From Candidatus Fraserbacteria bacterium (GTDB taxonomy: Bacteria > Bipolaricaulota > Bipolaricaulia > RBG-16-55-9), in NCBI GenBank assembly GCA_037442925.1, contig JBBIPG010000032.1:1-26951 (forward strand): a stretch of 26,951 nt of DNA. Reading direction: 5' to 3'. Every line of letters starts with the position of its first letter. Position 1 is the first letter of the stretch. The notes under the pieces are model-generated. The model did not search any database. It was not told where the DNA came from and saw nothing but the letters and a program-made list of their open reading frames with translations. Made by a program: the position numbers and the translations under genes. Below, piece after piece: positions 9,710-17,628 of the stretch.

Positions 9710-11629
9710 TTACTTGCCGGCAACGAGATTCAGTTGCCCGAGGCTAAGCGAGTTCGAGAATCCACCCAGCAGCGGCTTGTCCTCAAGCCCCTGCCAGCCG
9801 ATCCTGTCGACTCGGAACGCGTCGTTTACGACTACGTGGTGTGTGGGAACATATGCCACGTAGTCGAAGACCATCTTCTGCAGCTGGAAAGCAAGATCGC
9901 GTGCCTTGTTGACGTCCGACTCGGCCAAGAACTGGAATGACAGGTCATCAAACGTGTCCTGGCAGCCGTTCAGGGCGTTCTCCCTGGCGCTACAGACTCC
10001 GCCCTGCGCGGCGTTGCCTTGTCGAGCGGCGTTGCGGCTACCGAAGAATGCCTCCAGGTAGTCTGGATAGAAGCTCAAGCTCCAGCCCAGCTGCCACATG
10101 TCGAAGTCCTGCAGGTCGAACACCAGCGTGACGATGTTGTTGAAGCCTGCGGGTACGTCCCTGACCAGCACGCCCAGCTTCTGCAGCCGGTCCACGATGT
10201 GCAGGCCGAAGATGTTGCGGTTGTTGTCGTAGGCCGCGTTGGGGTGCAAGAGTTCCAGCTGCGGGATCGGGTTGCCCTCCGGATCGGCCGTCAGAATGCC
10301 CTGGGCGTTGAATTGGAAGCCCGCGCCCGTGAGCAGCTGTTTCGCCCTGGCCAGACGATCTGCCTCACTCATTCCCTTGCAAGACTCCTGCCTTTCCGCT
10401 TCCGTCAGAGGCCGGTACCAGAACCCGTTACCCGGCGGAACTACGTTCTCCGCTACGACGACCAGGTTCTGCAAGAGTGAGCTAGCCACGAACTCCTTGT
10501 CAACGACGCAACGGACGGCCTGGCGGAACTCCAGATAGTTGAAGGGGACCTTGCGCATGTTGAAGCTGAGATAAAAGACCCCGTTATCTGCGTTGCTAAG
10601 GACCCGGACGTTGTTAGCCGCTTGCAGCTGTTGCAGGGTGGCCAGTCCATAGCCCAGCGGGTTGAAGTGGTAGTCCGCGTCGCCGCTGATGACGGCCAGA
10701 GCTGCCGCGGCCTGGCTGCCAAAGAGGTTGAAGAGCACCCCATCGACGAAGGGGCCGGTAGTGTATTCAATGAGTTGATTGCTCAGATCGCCTGCCGAGC
10801 GCTCCACGCCAGTGGGCAGTCGCTCCCAGTGGCCATCGCTACCTGTTTCCCCGTACTCCCGGTTGAGGGTGCCCTTGAAGAAGAAGTTGGGGTTGGCCGA
10901 GATCTCCGCGAAGGCTCCCGGCGTCCAGCTCTCAAACTGGAATCCCCAGGCACTTGGCTCATCCGTGCCATCGAAGGCCGACAGAGTCTGAACCGGGTTC
11001 GCGGAAGCGAACGCCTGGTTGAACTTGGGCTCCCAGTAGGCCTTCTGGAGGATGGGAGAAAGCAGGGCACCGAACTCCCAGCGGGCCAGTCCCGGCTTCT
11101 GCTTGAAGAAGAATTTGACAGTGTAGTTGCCCTGCGCTTCCACATGGTCGACGAACTCTGCATCGAACCAGGACGGGAAACCGCCACCCAGGTCGATGGA
11201 GAGCGCATTGCCCGTCGATGGGTTGGTTTTGACAAAGTTGTTGAAGGTGAAGGCCACGTCGTTGGCCGTGATCTCTGTGCCATCGCTCCACTTCACACCC
11301 TGGAGCAGGTTAACCGTGGCGACCGAGAAGCCATCCTCTTCTGTGAAGGGGCCAGCGAAGTCGGCTGCCAAGGAGGGGAATGGCGAGAAGCCTGGAACCG
11401 TCAGACCGTAGAGGGCTATGTGCTGCCAACCCCACACGTAGGCGTTCCAGATGGTGTTGTTGGCCCCGTTGTTCGTGGCGATCCAGCTGTTGCCACCCTT
11501 GAGGTCCTCATGGACGGCAGTCACGAAGATCTTCTCCGCCTGCGCACTCGCAACGCTGGTATTGAGGTTTAGGCCCATCAGGAAGGTCAGCCCCAATGCC
11601 AGTAAAACCGCAAAGCGTATCGCTTTCAT
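9710..11629 (-). CDS. ABC transporter substrate-binding protein, family 5 (OppA/DppA/NikA-like), cleavable signal peptide
   Basis: Signal peptide ending VASAQA; family-5 motifs GVKWSDGTEITANDVAFTF and YLSFNMRKVPFNYLEFRQAV; directly upstream of oppBCDF; AGGAGG RBS. Confidence 0.9.
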   Translation of the reverse strand: MKAIRFAVLLALGLTFLMGLNLNTSVASAQAEKIFVTAVHEDLKGGNSWIATNNGANNTIWNAYVWGWQHIALYGLTVPGFSPFPSLAADFAGPFTEEDGFSVATVNLLQGVKWSDGTEITANDVAFTFNNFVKTNPSTGNALSIDLGGGFPSWFDAEFVDHVEAQGNYTVKFFFKQKPGLARWEFGALLSPILQKAYWEPKFNQAFASANPVQTLSAFDGTDEPSAWGFQFESWTPGAFAEISANPNFFFKGTLNREYGETGSDGHWERLPTGVERSAGDLSNQLIEYTTGPFVDGVLFNLFGSQAAAALAVISGDADYHFNPLGYGLATLQQLQAANNVRVLSNADNGVFYLSFNMRKVPFNYLEFRQAVRCVVDKEFVASSLLQNLVVVAENVVPPGNGFWYRPLTEAERQESCKGMSEADRLARAKQLLTGAGFQFNAQGILTADPEGNPIPQLELLHPNAAYDNNRNIFGLHIVDRLQKLGVLVRDVPAGFNNIVTLVFDLQDFDMWQLGWSLSFYPDYLEAFFGSRNAARQGNAAQGGVCSARENALNGCQDTFDDLSFQFLAESDVNKARDLAFQLQKMVFDYVAYVPTHHVVVNDAFRVDRIGWQGLEDKPLLGGFSNSLSLGQLNLVAGK

Positions 11630-11679
11630 TCGTCTTTACCTCCTCTTTCTTTGTCTCTTGTCTCCCTGATTTTACATCA

Positions 11680-12939
11680 TCAATAAAGCGCACTGACATC
11701 GAACGCCCGGATTTGCATGCGGCCCACCGTGCCCCGCAGACCGCCCTCCCAGAAGACGTACAAGTAGCGGTTGTTGTTCGAGACTGCCACCACACCCACA
11801 GGGGCGGGCTCCGTCTTAGCCACAGCCTGCAGCGTCTCCACCACGCTCAAACTCGCTGTGTCAATGATGCTTACGCTATTGTCCAGGGAGTTCGAGACAT
11901 AGAGGAAGCGGCCGTCCGGGGATAGGGCCAAGTGACGAGGAGCAGTGCCAACCTTAATGGTCGCCACGACACTCCTCACACAGCCGCGTCCACTACCTTC
12001 GAGCACAGTGACCGTGTTCGAACCCTGGTTCGAGACGTACCAGCGACTCGCATCGCTGCTGCCTATGACCATGTAGGGGTTGATCCCTAAGCCGGAGATC
12101 GTGCTGACTCGGTAGTTCTGAAGATCAAAGCAGGCCAGATCTCGGCTTGCCTGCGCGACCACAGCGTATGAGTTCCCGACGACGAACAAACTACCCGGAC
12201 CCACGCCGCCGGTGACGACCTTCTTCAGCACCGCACCGGTCGCCGCGTTTAACACATAGACCGCGTTATCCGCGCTGGCGCTGACGAGGAGCTTGGTCTC
12301 TGCCGTATTGAGCTTGGCATCTACCGGCGAACCCATGATCCTCAGCGCCGGGTCGATGTCACTGGAGCCACCGTCGGTAATGACTGTGGCCTGATAGTTC
12401 GCGGGCCATACGATGGTGCCATCATTGTAGTTGACACTGCTACTCTCATTGGTGGCCGTCGCTTCCGCTCCTCTTGCTAGATCCACCTTGATGGTACTGT
12501 CGAGGAAGAGGTTCGGAACGTACGCGTAATCGCAGCCGATGCTGAGATCCATGCCCGGGTATCCGCGGGGTCCTGTGCCGGCAGGCAGACCTGTGCCCTG
12601 ATCTCCCAGCGAGGGGCTGAAGACGCCGGGACCCGGCCCGAAGTCGTCGTTGTCCCCGAACATCAGGAAGGCATCTCCATCGAGAGCAGGCTTGCCTGTA
12701 TCGATGCCTGTCAGTTTCTGTAGCATGAGATCATCTAGGACGCTTGGACCGATGCTGGCAACCCAGGCCTCGGTGCCGTTGGAGCAGATCGCTATGTCCT
12801 CAATCTTGCCTTGGCCTCTACTCCAGTTGAGGGTAGAAACGAGGCTGATACCGGACTGTGTGATAGCAACTTGTGCCATGCCGACGTACAATCCTGCTGC
12901 GAGAAGAGCCAGCAGTAACCATCGACTGAGCCTATTCAT
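11680..12939 (-). CDS. Secreted YVTN/YncE-type beta-propeller protein
   Basis: Signal peptide; repeats such as YVSNQGSNTVTVL and IKVGTAPRHLALSPDGRFLYVSNSLDNSVSIIDT; AAGGAGG RBS. Confidence 0.85.
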   Translation of the reverse strand: MNRLSRWLLLALLAAGLYVGMAQVAITQSGISLVSTLNWSRGQGKIEDIAICSNGTEAWVASIGPSVLDDLMLQKLTGIDTGKPALDGDAFLMFGDNDDFGPGPGVFSPSLGDQGTGLPAGTGPRGYPGMDLSIGCDYAYVPNLFLDSTIKVDLARGAEATATNESSSVNYNDGTIVWPANYQATVITDGGSSDIDPALRIMGSPVDAKLNTAETKLLVSASADNAVYVLNAATGAVLKKVVTGGVGPGSLFVVGNSYAVVAQASRDLACFDLQNYRVSTISGLGINPYMVIGSSDASRWYVSNQGSNTVTVLEGSGRGCVRSVVATIKVGTAPRHLALSPDGRFLYVSNSLDNSVSIIDTASLSVVETLQAVAKTEPAPVGVVAVSNNNRYLYVFWEGGLRGTVGRMQIRAFDVSALY

Positions 12940-13073
12940 TTTATCCCTCCTTAGGCTTTATGCCGTCTGAAAGCATGCTGATTGAACAGTCTTTTAGGGG
13001 GTTGCGAACTTCACGGTCTTCTTGTGATTTGGTATGGGTCACCTCCCGTCGCCGCGTTTTGGGAGACGCTAGT

Positions 13074-13102
13074 ATTTTAATAACACTCCGGCTCGCTGTC
13101 AA
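13074..13102 (-). promoter_or_regulatory. Sigma70-type promoter of the YVTN-opp operon
   Basis: Minus strand TTGACA (13102-13097), 17 nt, TAAAAT (13079-13074). Confidence 0.8.
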
Positions 13103-13133
13103 GCGTAGCATGGCGGCAAGAGACCTCCTCAGT

Positions 13134-13162
13134 TTGAAGGAGCCCTGCTTTTGAATTATGAT
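13134..13162 (+). promoter_or_regulatory. Sigma70-type promoter of the second opp cassette
   Basis: TTGAAG (13134-13139), 17 nt, TATGAT (13157-13162); GAGGTGA RBS before GTG 13206. Confidence 0.7.
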
Positions 13163-13205
13163 GGGAATTAACTCTTGTGTAGGGAAAGCGCAGAGGTGAG
13201 TTGTC

Positions 13206-15293
13206 GTGGATCGAGCCTGGATCTTGCTGTTGGCCGTTCTAGCCTTGGCTGTAGCGGGTCTTCTCTTGTTGAGACCTGGGGCTCCTCCCGTCGAGAAGCC
13301 CACCCCCATTGAAAAGCCAGCCCCCACGCCGGAAAAGCCACAACCGGAACCACCGAAAGAACCCGAAAAACCCAAAGAGGAACCCCAGCAACCGCCCCCT
13401 CCTATGGAAGAGCCGGTATCGTCGAAACCACGACCGGAACCTTCCAACCGGACGACCCTCATCCTCGACACGATCTCCCTGCCGGAAACACTCGATCCAG
13501 CCTGGTCTTTCTTCACAGCGGACTCGGCCATCATCGAGCAGATGTACGAGCACCTGGTGGACTACAAGGGCGGCTCCCTCGGTGAGTTCATACCGGAGCT
13601 GGCTACAGAAGTCCCCACGGTGGAGAATGGCGGCATCAGCGCGGATGGCTTGACCTACACGTTCCATCTTCGTCGTGGAGTGACATTCTGGGACGGCAGT
13701 CCGTTCACCTGCGCCGACGCGGAGTACAGCTTCGAACGTGTGCTGGCCATGGATCGTGACAGCGGTCCGACCCTGATTTTGATCGATCCATTGCTGGGCA
13801 TTACCACGACCCGTGACGCGGAGGGCAATCTGATCTCGAGCGTGAGAATCGGCGGTCAAGAGAAGTCCTTGGCTCAAGCCATCGATGAGGCCATCGAGTG
13901 CAGTCCAGATGGGACGAAGATCACCTTCAAGCTCGCGCACACCTTCCCGCCCTTCCTGCAGCTGATGTCCCACTCCAGCGTCGGCTCCATCTACTCCAAG
14001 GCCTTCGCCATCGCCAATGGAGCGGCAGACAACGCCGATCCTGAGGCGTTCTTGCAGGCCACCAACGGTCCCACGGACGTGGCTTCGACAGCGCTGTTTG
14101 ACAAGGCCATGGGCACCGGACCCTTCCGGCTCCAGGTCATCGACCGAGTTGCGGAGCAGGTCATCCTCACCCGCTTTAACGGCTATTGGCAGGGACCTGC
14201 CGCGCTCGAGAATGTCATCTGGAATAACGTGCCGGAATTCAACACCCGCCTGCTGCGCCTGGCTGCCGGGGACGCCGACATCAGTTACATCTCCACTCGT
14301 GCTCAGACCCAGCAACTCAAAGATCAAAGACCTGCCGGTGTCCGCCTGATCGAGTTCCTCCCCGGCTTTGTCACCGAATCCTTCAACCTCAACAAAGATA
14401 TTCAAGTCCAAGCCGGCAGTGAGTTCGTGGGCAGCGGTAAGTGCGATGGCAACGGCATCCCGCCCGACTTCTTCGCAGACATCCACGTGCGCAAGGCCTT
14501 TGCCCACTCCTTCAGCCAGGAACAGTTCATCTCGGACTTCCTGCTGGGCGCCGGTGTTGTGGCCGCCACACCCATACCACCCAACGTGGAGTTCTTTGAT
14601 CCCGAGGTCCAGGCGATCCCCTTCGACCTCAACGCCGCGGAGCGGGAGTTCAAACAGGCCCGCTGCACTGGCAGTGACCAGTCCGTCTGGGAGACGGGTT
14701 TTAAGTTGATTGCCACCTACAACGCTGGCAACGCTCGGCGTCAGGCCGCCCTGCAACAACTGGAGTTCTACATCGAGAGCCTAAACGCGAAGCGCCCAGG
14801 TCTACCGCCCTTCGATATCATCATCCGCGATGTGCCCGGCTCGATCTTCTTCAATCCTAACCAGCAGCGGATCACGCCGATCTTCGTGGGCGGCTGGAGC
14901 CCGGACTTCATCGACATCGACAATTGGATCCGTCAGTGGATGGATGCCCAGGCGGGCACCTTCGGAGCCGTGACCGGCCTGAGTGCCCTGGGCGAGAAGA
15001 CGCAGGAGTGGATCAAGCTGCTCAACGAGGGCATCACCACCGTGGACAAGAAGCGCCGCCAAGAGATCTACTCCCAGCTGCAGCGCGACTATGTGGAGTA
15101 CGCCGTCGCGATCACCCTGCCCACGCGCACTCTCGATGTCGTGGAGCGCAGCTGGGTGGACGGCAACTACTACAACCCCGGTGAAGGCGATCCTCAGGAG
15201 CCACCGAACGTCTACGCGCTCAGCAAGAGGGCAGATGGAAAGCCAAAGATGGAGGAGCTAGCACCCTATAGCCCCACGGTCACAGAGTTCTAA
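13206..15293 (+). CDS. ABC transporter substrate-binding protein, family 5 (DppA-like), with N-terminal TM anchor and Pro/Glu/Lys-rich stalk
   Basis: PETLDPA, MYEHLV, TYTFHLRRGVTFWDGSPFTCADAEYSFER, MGTGPFRL, DIHVRKAFAHSF, GWSPDF. Confidence 0.93.
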   Translation: MDRAWILLLAVLALAVAGLLLLRPGAPPVEKPTPIEKPAPTPEKPQPEPPKEPEKPKEEPQQPPPPMEEPVSSKPRPEPSNRTTLILDTISLPETLDPAWSFFTADSAIIEQMYEHLVDYKGGSLGEFIPELATEVPTVENGGISADGLTYTFHLRRGVTFWDGSPFTCADAEYSFERVLAMDRDSGPTLILIDPLLGITTTRDAEGNLISSVRIGGQEKSLAQAIDEAIECSPDGTKITFKLAHTFPPFLQLMSHSSVGSIYSKAFAIANGAADNADPEAFLQATNGPTDVASTALFDKAMGTGPFRLQVIDRVAEQVILTRFNGYWQGPAALENVIWNNVPEFNTRLLRLAAGDADISYISTRAQTQQLKDQRPAGVRLIEFLPGFVTESFNLNKDIQVQAGSEFVGSGKCDGNGIPPDFFADIHVRKAFAHSFSQEQFISDFLLGAGVVAATPIPPNVEFFDPEVQAIPFDLNAAEREFKQARCTGSDQSVWETGFKLIATYNAGNARRQAALQQLEFYIESLNAKRPGLPPFDIIIRDVPGSIFFNPNQQRITPIFVGGWSPDFIDIDNWIRQWMDAQAGTFGAVTGLSALGEKTQEWIKLLNEGITTVDKKRRQEIYSQLQRDYVEYAVAITLPTRTLDVVERSWVDGNYYNPGEGDPQEPPNVYALSKRADGKPKMEELAPYSPTVTEF

Positions 15294-15303
15294 TCCAGAG
15301 GGT

Positions 15304-16338
15304 ATGCTTGCGTTCATCGTTCGCCGACTGCTGCTTCTGCCCGTTGTGGTTTTCATTTCCACACTCTTGATCTTCACCCTCATGCAACTCTTACCACCCA
15401 GCGTCCGAGTTGCCCTCTACGCTAAAGAGAATCCCCGAGCGTGGAATGACATCAACGACCTGATCCGCATTCACGGCCTCGATCAGCCCATCTATGTGCA
15501 GTATTGGAATTGGATTAAGGGAATCTCCCAGGGAAACCTCGGCTGGTCCTATTCGGCTCAGATGCCCGTTGCCAAAGCCTTGCAGAGCTACCTGCCAGCC
15601 ACGATCGAGCTGACGCTCATGTCCATCATCCCCCTCGTCATAGGGGGCATCTGGCTGGGGACCAAATCCGCTGTCTATCATAACCGAGTGCCCGATCACA
15701 TCACACGCCTCATGTCGATCACCGGCTGGTCACTGCCTACGTTTGTCGCGGGTCTGATCTTGCTCATGGTCTTCTATGGCTACTTGCGCTGGTTGCAGCC
15801 GGGCCGACTCAGCACAGAGGTGAAGCTCATTGTAAGCAACCCGCAGCTGTTTACCCCCTATTCGGGCATGTACACCGTGGATGCGCTTCTCAACGGCCCC
15901 AATTGGGTTGTCTTTTGGGATGCGATCAAGCACCTGATCCTGCCCGCTATTACCCTGGCCTATGTGAGCTGGGCGCTCATCGTACGGATCATGAGAAGCA
16001 GCATGCTCAACGTGTTGCGCGAAGACTACATCATGGTGGCGCGAGCTAAGGGCCTAGAAGAGAGAGCCGTCATCAACAAACACGCACGGCGCAATGCGCT
16101 GATCCCGGTGATCACGGTCTCGGCCATCGTGGTGGGGCTCTTGCTCGGGGGCGTGGTCATCACGGAGACCATCTTCAATTACTTTGGGGTGGGCTGGTGG
16201 TTCGTTCGAGCTGCCACGCAACTGGACTTCCCCGCGGTGCTCGGCTTTACGATCTTTAACAGCATTCTCTGGGTACTCGTGAATCTCGGCGTAGACGTGC
16301 TCTACTCCTACATCGACCCGCGTGTGAGGTTGACGTGA
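15304..16338 (+). CDS. oppB: Peptide ABC transporter permease (OppB/DppB-type); its stop codon is supplied by the IS right end
   Basis: HGLDQPIYVQY, EDYIMVARAKGL, KHARRNALIP, DVLYSYIDPRVRLT. Confidence 0.95.
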   Translation: MLAFIVRRLLLLPVVVFISTLLIFTLMQLLPPSVRVALYAKENPRAWNDINDLIRIHGLDQPIYVQYWNWIKGISQGNLGWSYSAQMPVAKALQSYLPATIELTLMSIIPLVIGGIWLGTKSAVYHNRVPDHITRLMSITGWSLPTFVAGLILLMVFYGYLRWLQPGRLSTEVKLIVSNPQLFTPYSGMYTVDALLNGPNWVVFWDAIKHLILPAITLAYVSWALIVRIMRSSMLNVLREDYIMVARAKGLEERAVINKHARRNALIPVITVSAIVVGLLLGGVVITETIFNYFGVGWWFVRAATQLDFPAVLGFTIFNSILWVLVNLGVDVLYSYIDPRVRLT

Positions 16339-16430
16339 CACTCTGCGGCGACTAAAGTCGCGCAGCTTCTCGCCGAAGCGAGCAACTTGCCGGGTGTCCG
16401 CCGGAACTACTGCGCCAAGGGCGCAGATAC
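16315..16430 (-). ncRNA. Predicted TnpB omegaRNA (3' scaffold plus flank-derived guide GTCAACCTCACACGCGGGTC); 5' boundary not determined
   Basis: Structured 3' region overlapping the end of tnpB: CTCGC-TTCG-GCGAG tetraloop hairpin (16382-16369), right-end hairpin, TCAC, then the host flank 16334-16315, as established for IS605 reRNAs. Confidence 0.75.
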
Positions 16431-17527
16431 GTGATGGAGCGTGGAAGATGGCTAACCGGAAGCAAGCGACCGTGAACGCCGATCTGCAAGATGTTCGTGG
16501 CTCCCACAACGTCACGCGGGGCGACTACGCCACACTCACAGCGATATATCCTTCCCTGCTTGCTTCTCCGCCCGCATACGGGACACGTCTGCGAGCTGTA
16601 AGGCTCATCAACTTCAATGGCTCCAGTCGTCTTGTAGTTGAGAAGCCAGATGATCTTGGCATTACACGCTTGACTTACTTGTTGAGCTTGTTGTCTACGA
16701 ATGCCTTGCGATGCATCATTGAACGGCCTTCCAGCGTAGCACTTTGCGTTGGGGAAGGCATTGGCAATCTGGCGCGTGGCCTTGTGCACGATGTCGTTGA
16801 GGCGATGGCGGTTCTTCGCCAGTATCTTGGCTTTGCGACGTTGCAAGCACCTCCACCGACGCGAACCCTTCGCCATGCGGGACTGCTTGGCGCTAATACT
16901 AGCCAAGAGCTTGTTTCTAAGACGAATAACAGACTTAGCCGCACGCCCACTGACAAGGACAGCCTTCTCACCATCGCTGGCCGCGATCAGCGTATTGACA
17001 CCGAGGTCAATTCCGATGGTTCGCTCCACAGCTTGAACTGTATCGGCAACTTCGCTGACGATCAGGACGCGCCCAAAGCACAGACGGGCTTCGATCAGAC
17101 GGCCAGGAAGCTCAACCGGAATCCGTATGCGCAGCTTACCACTCTTGCCACTGGGCAGTGTCAAGATGCCGTCTTTGAGCCGAGCCGCTTGATTGGTGTA
17201 GATGACATCGCGGTACTTGGGCTTGCGCCAAGGGTAGCGCATATGGGCTTGGCCCTGTTTGCGCAGCCGCTTGATGGCTTGAACGGCCTCGCAAAACTCA
17301 GCGATAATCTGTTGAGCAGACTGCGAGTGCAACCCCGGATACTTGCGTTTGGCCCACTTTTGCCAGCGTTCCTTGGTGGGCCATCTCCAGTCGGCAGATC
17401 GGATTCGGTGATGTCGCTCAACCAAGTCCCCCCAGAGCCTAGCAGCCTCTTGGCGAGAGGCTGTGAACGTCTGCCATTGGGTTTGGTTACGCGGCATCCA
17501 GGCAATCTCTATCTTACGATAACTCAC
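16352..17527 (-). CDS. tnpB: RNA-guided endonuclease TnpB with rearranged RuvC-II, about 391 aa from GTG 17527
   Basis: RuvC-I IGIDLG, KGSRRW, HKATRQI, VDEPYSSQTCPVCG...YRCECG zinc finger, RuvC-III RDVVGATNI. The track start at 17575 lies upstream of the element's own promoter, so GTG 17527 is preferred. Confidence 0.95.
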   Translation of the reverse strand: MSYRKIEIAWMPRNQTQWQTFTASRQEAARLWGDLVERHHRIRSADWRWPTKERWQKWAKRKYPGLHSQSAQQIIAEFCEAVQAIKRLRKQGQAHMRYPWRKPKYRDVIYTNQAARLKDGILTLPSGKSGKLRIRIPVELPGRLIEARLCFGRVLIVSEVADTVQAVERTIGIDLGVNTLIAASDGEKAVLVSGRAAKSVIRLRNKLLASISAKQSRMAKGSRRWRCLQRRKAKILAKNRHRLNDIVHKATRQIANAFPNAKCYAGRPFNDASQGIRRQQAQQVSQACNAKIIWLLNYKTTGAIEVDEPYSSQTCPVCGRRSKQGRIYRCECGVVAPRDVVGATNILQIGVHGRLLPVSHLPRSITYLRPWRSSSGGHPASCSLRREAARL

Positions 17528-17533
17528 ACTAGC

Positions 17534-17562
17534 AGTGTAGCTTTTGACACGCTGAAAGTCAA
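17534..17562 (-). promoter_or_regulatory. tnpB promoter (leaderless transcript)
   Basis: TTGACT (17562-17557), 17 nt, TACACT (17539-17534), 6 nt, in-frame GTG at 17527. Confidence 0.75.
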
Positions 17563-17628
17563 AGGGGCGCTTCATCTACAGGGGTTAAAACCCCGTAGCT
17601 TTCGCTCCGGAAGGATTCTGTAATCGTT

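Larger units (their letters stand above)
16335..17619 (-). mobile_element. IS200/IS605-family TnpB-only (IS1341-type, non-autonomous) element, 1285 bp
   Basis: Left end: flanking TTAC (17623-17620), guide AAAG (17602-17599), hairpin CTACGGGGTT-TT-AACCCCTGTAG (17598-17576). Right end: guide GAAG (16369-16366), hairpin 16365-16343, terminal TCAC (16338-16335). Removing the element restores oppB ...ACG TAA followed 5 nt later by the oppC ATG. No tnpA inside. Confidence 0.92.

Noticed and set aside
12941..13534. 197-aa Gly/Ser-rich minus-strand ORF
   Set aside because: It is the antisense reading of the Pro-rich stalk and crosses two promoters.
13239..14759. 506-aa antisense ORF (likewise 19101-20270, 10622-11572, 7641-8486, 5939-6667)
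   Set aside because: Shadow ORFs opposite well-supported genes with GC-rich third positions; no recognisable motifs.
16330..16333. TCAA as the alternative right-end cleavage site
   Set aside because: The GAAG guide predicts TCAC, and only the TCAC boundary restores a clean oppB stop and the RVRLT ending seen in the paralog.
17544..17572. Outward-facing IS promoter driving oppC (TTGACA at 17544-17549)
   Set aside because: No -10-like hexamer at 16-18 nt spacing.
16352..17575. TnpB as a nuclease-dead, opp-associated TldR repressor
   Set aside because: It lacks the canonical RuvC-II Glu and sits in an opp operon, but both Asp residues and an alternative Glu are present. Both transposon ends are intact and the guide matches the empty site rather than a promoter.
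16335..17619. IStron (group I intron plus IS) explaining tolerance of the insertion
   Set aside because: Only about 90 nt precede tnpB, leaving no room for a ribozyme core, and the element is antisense to the host transcript.
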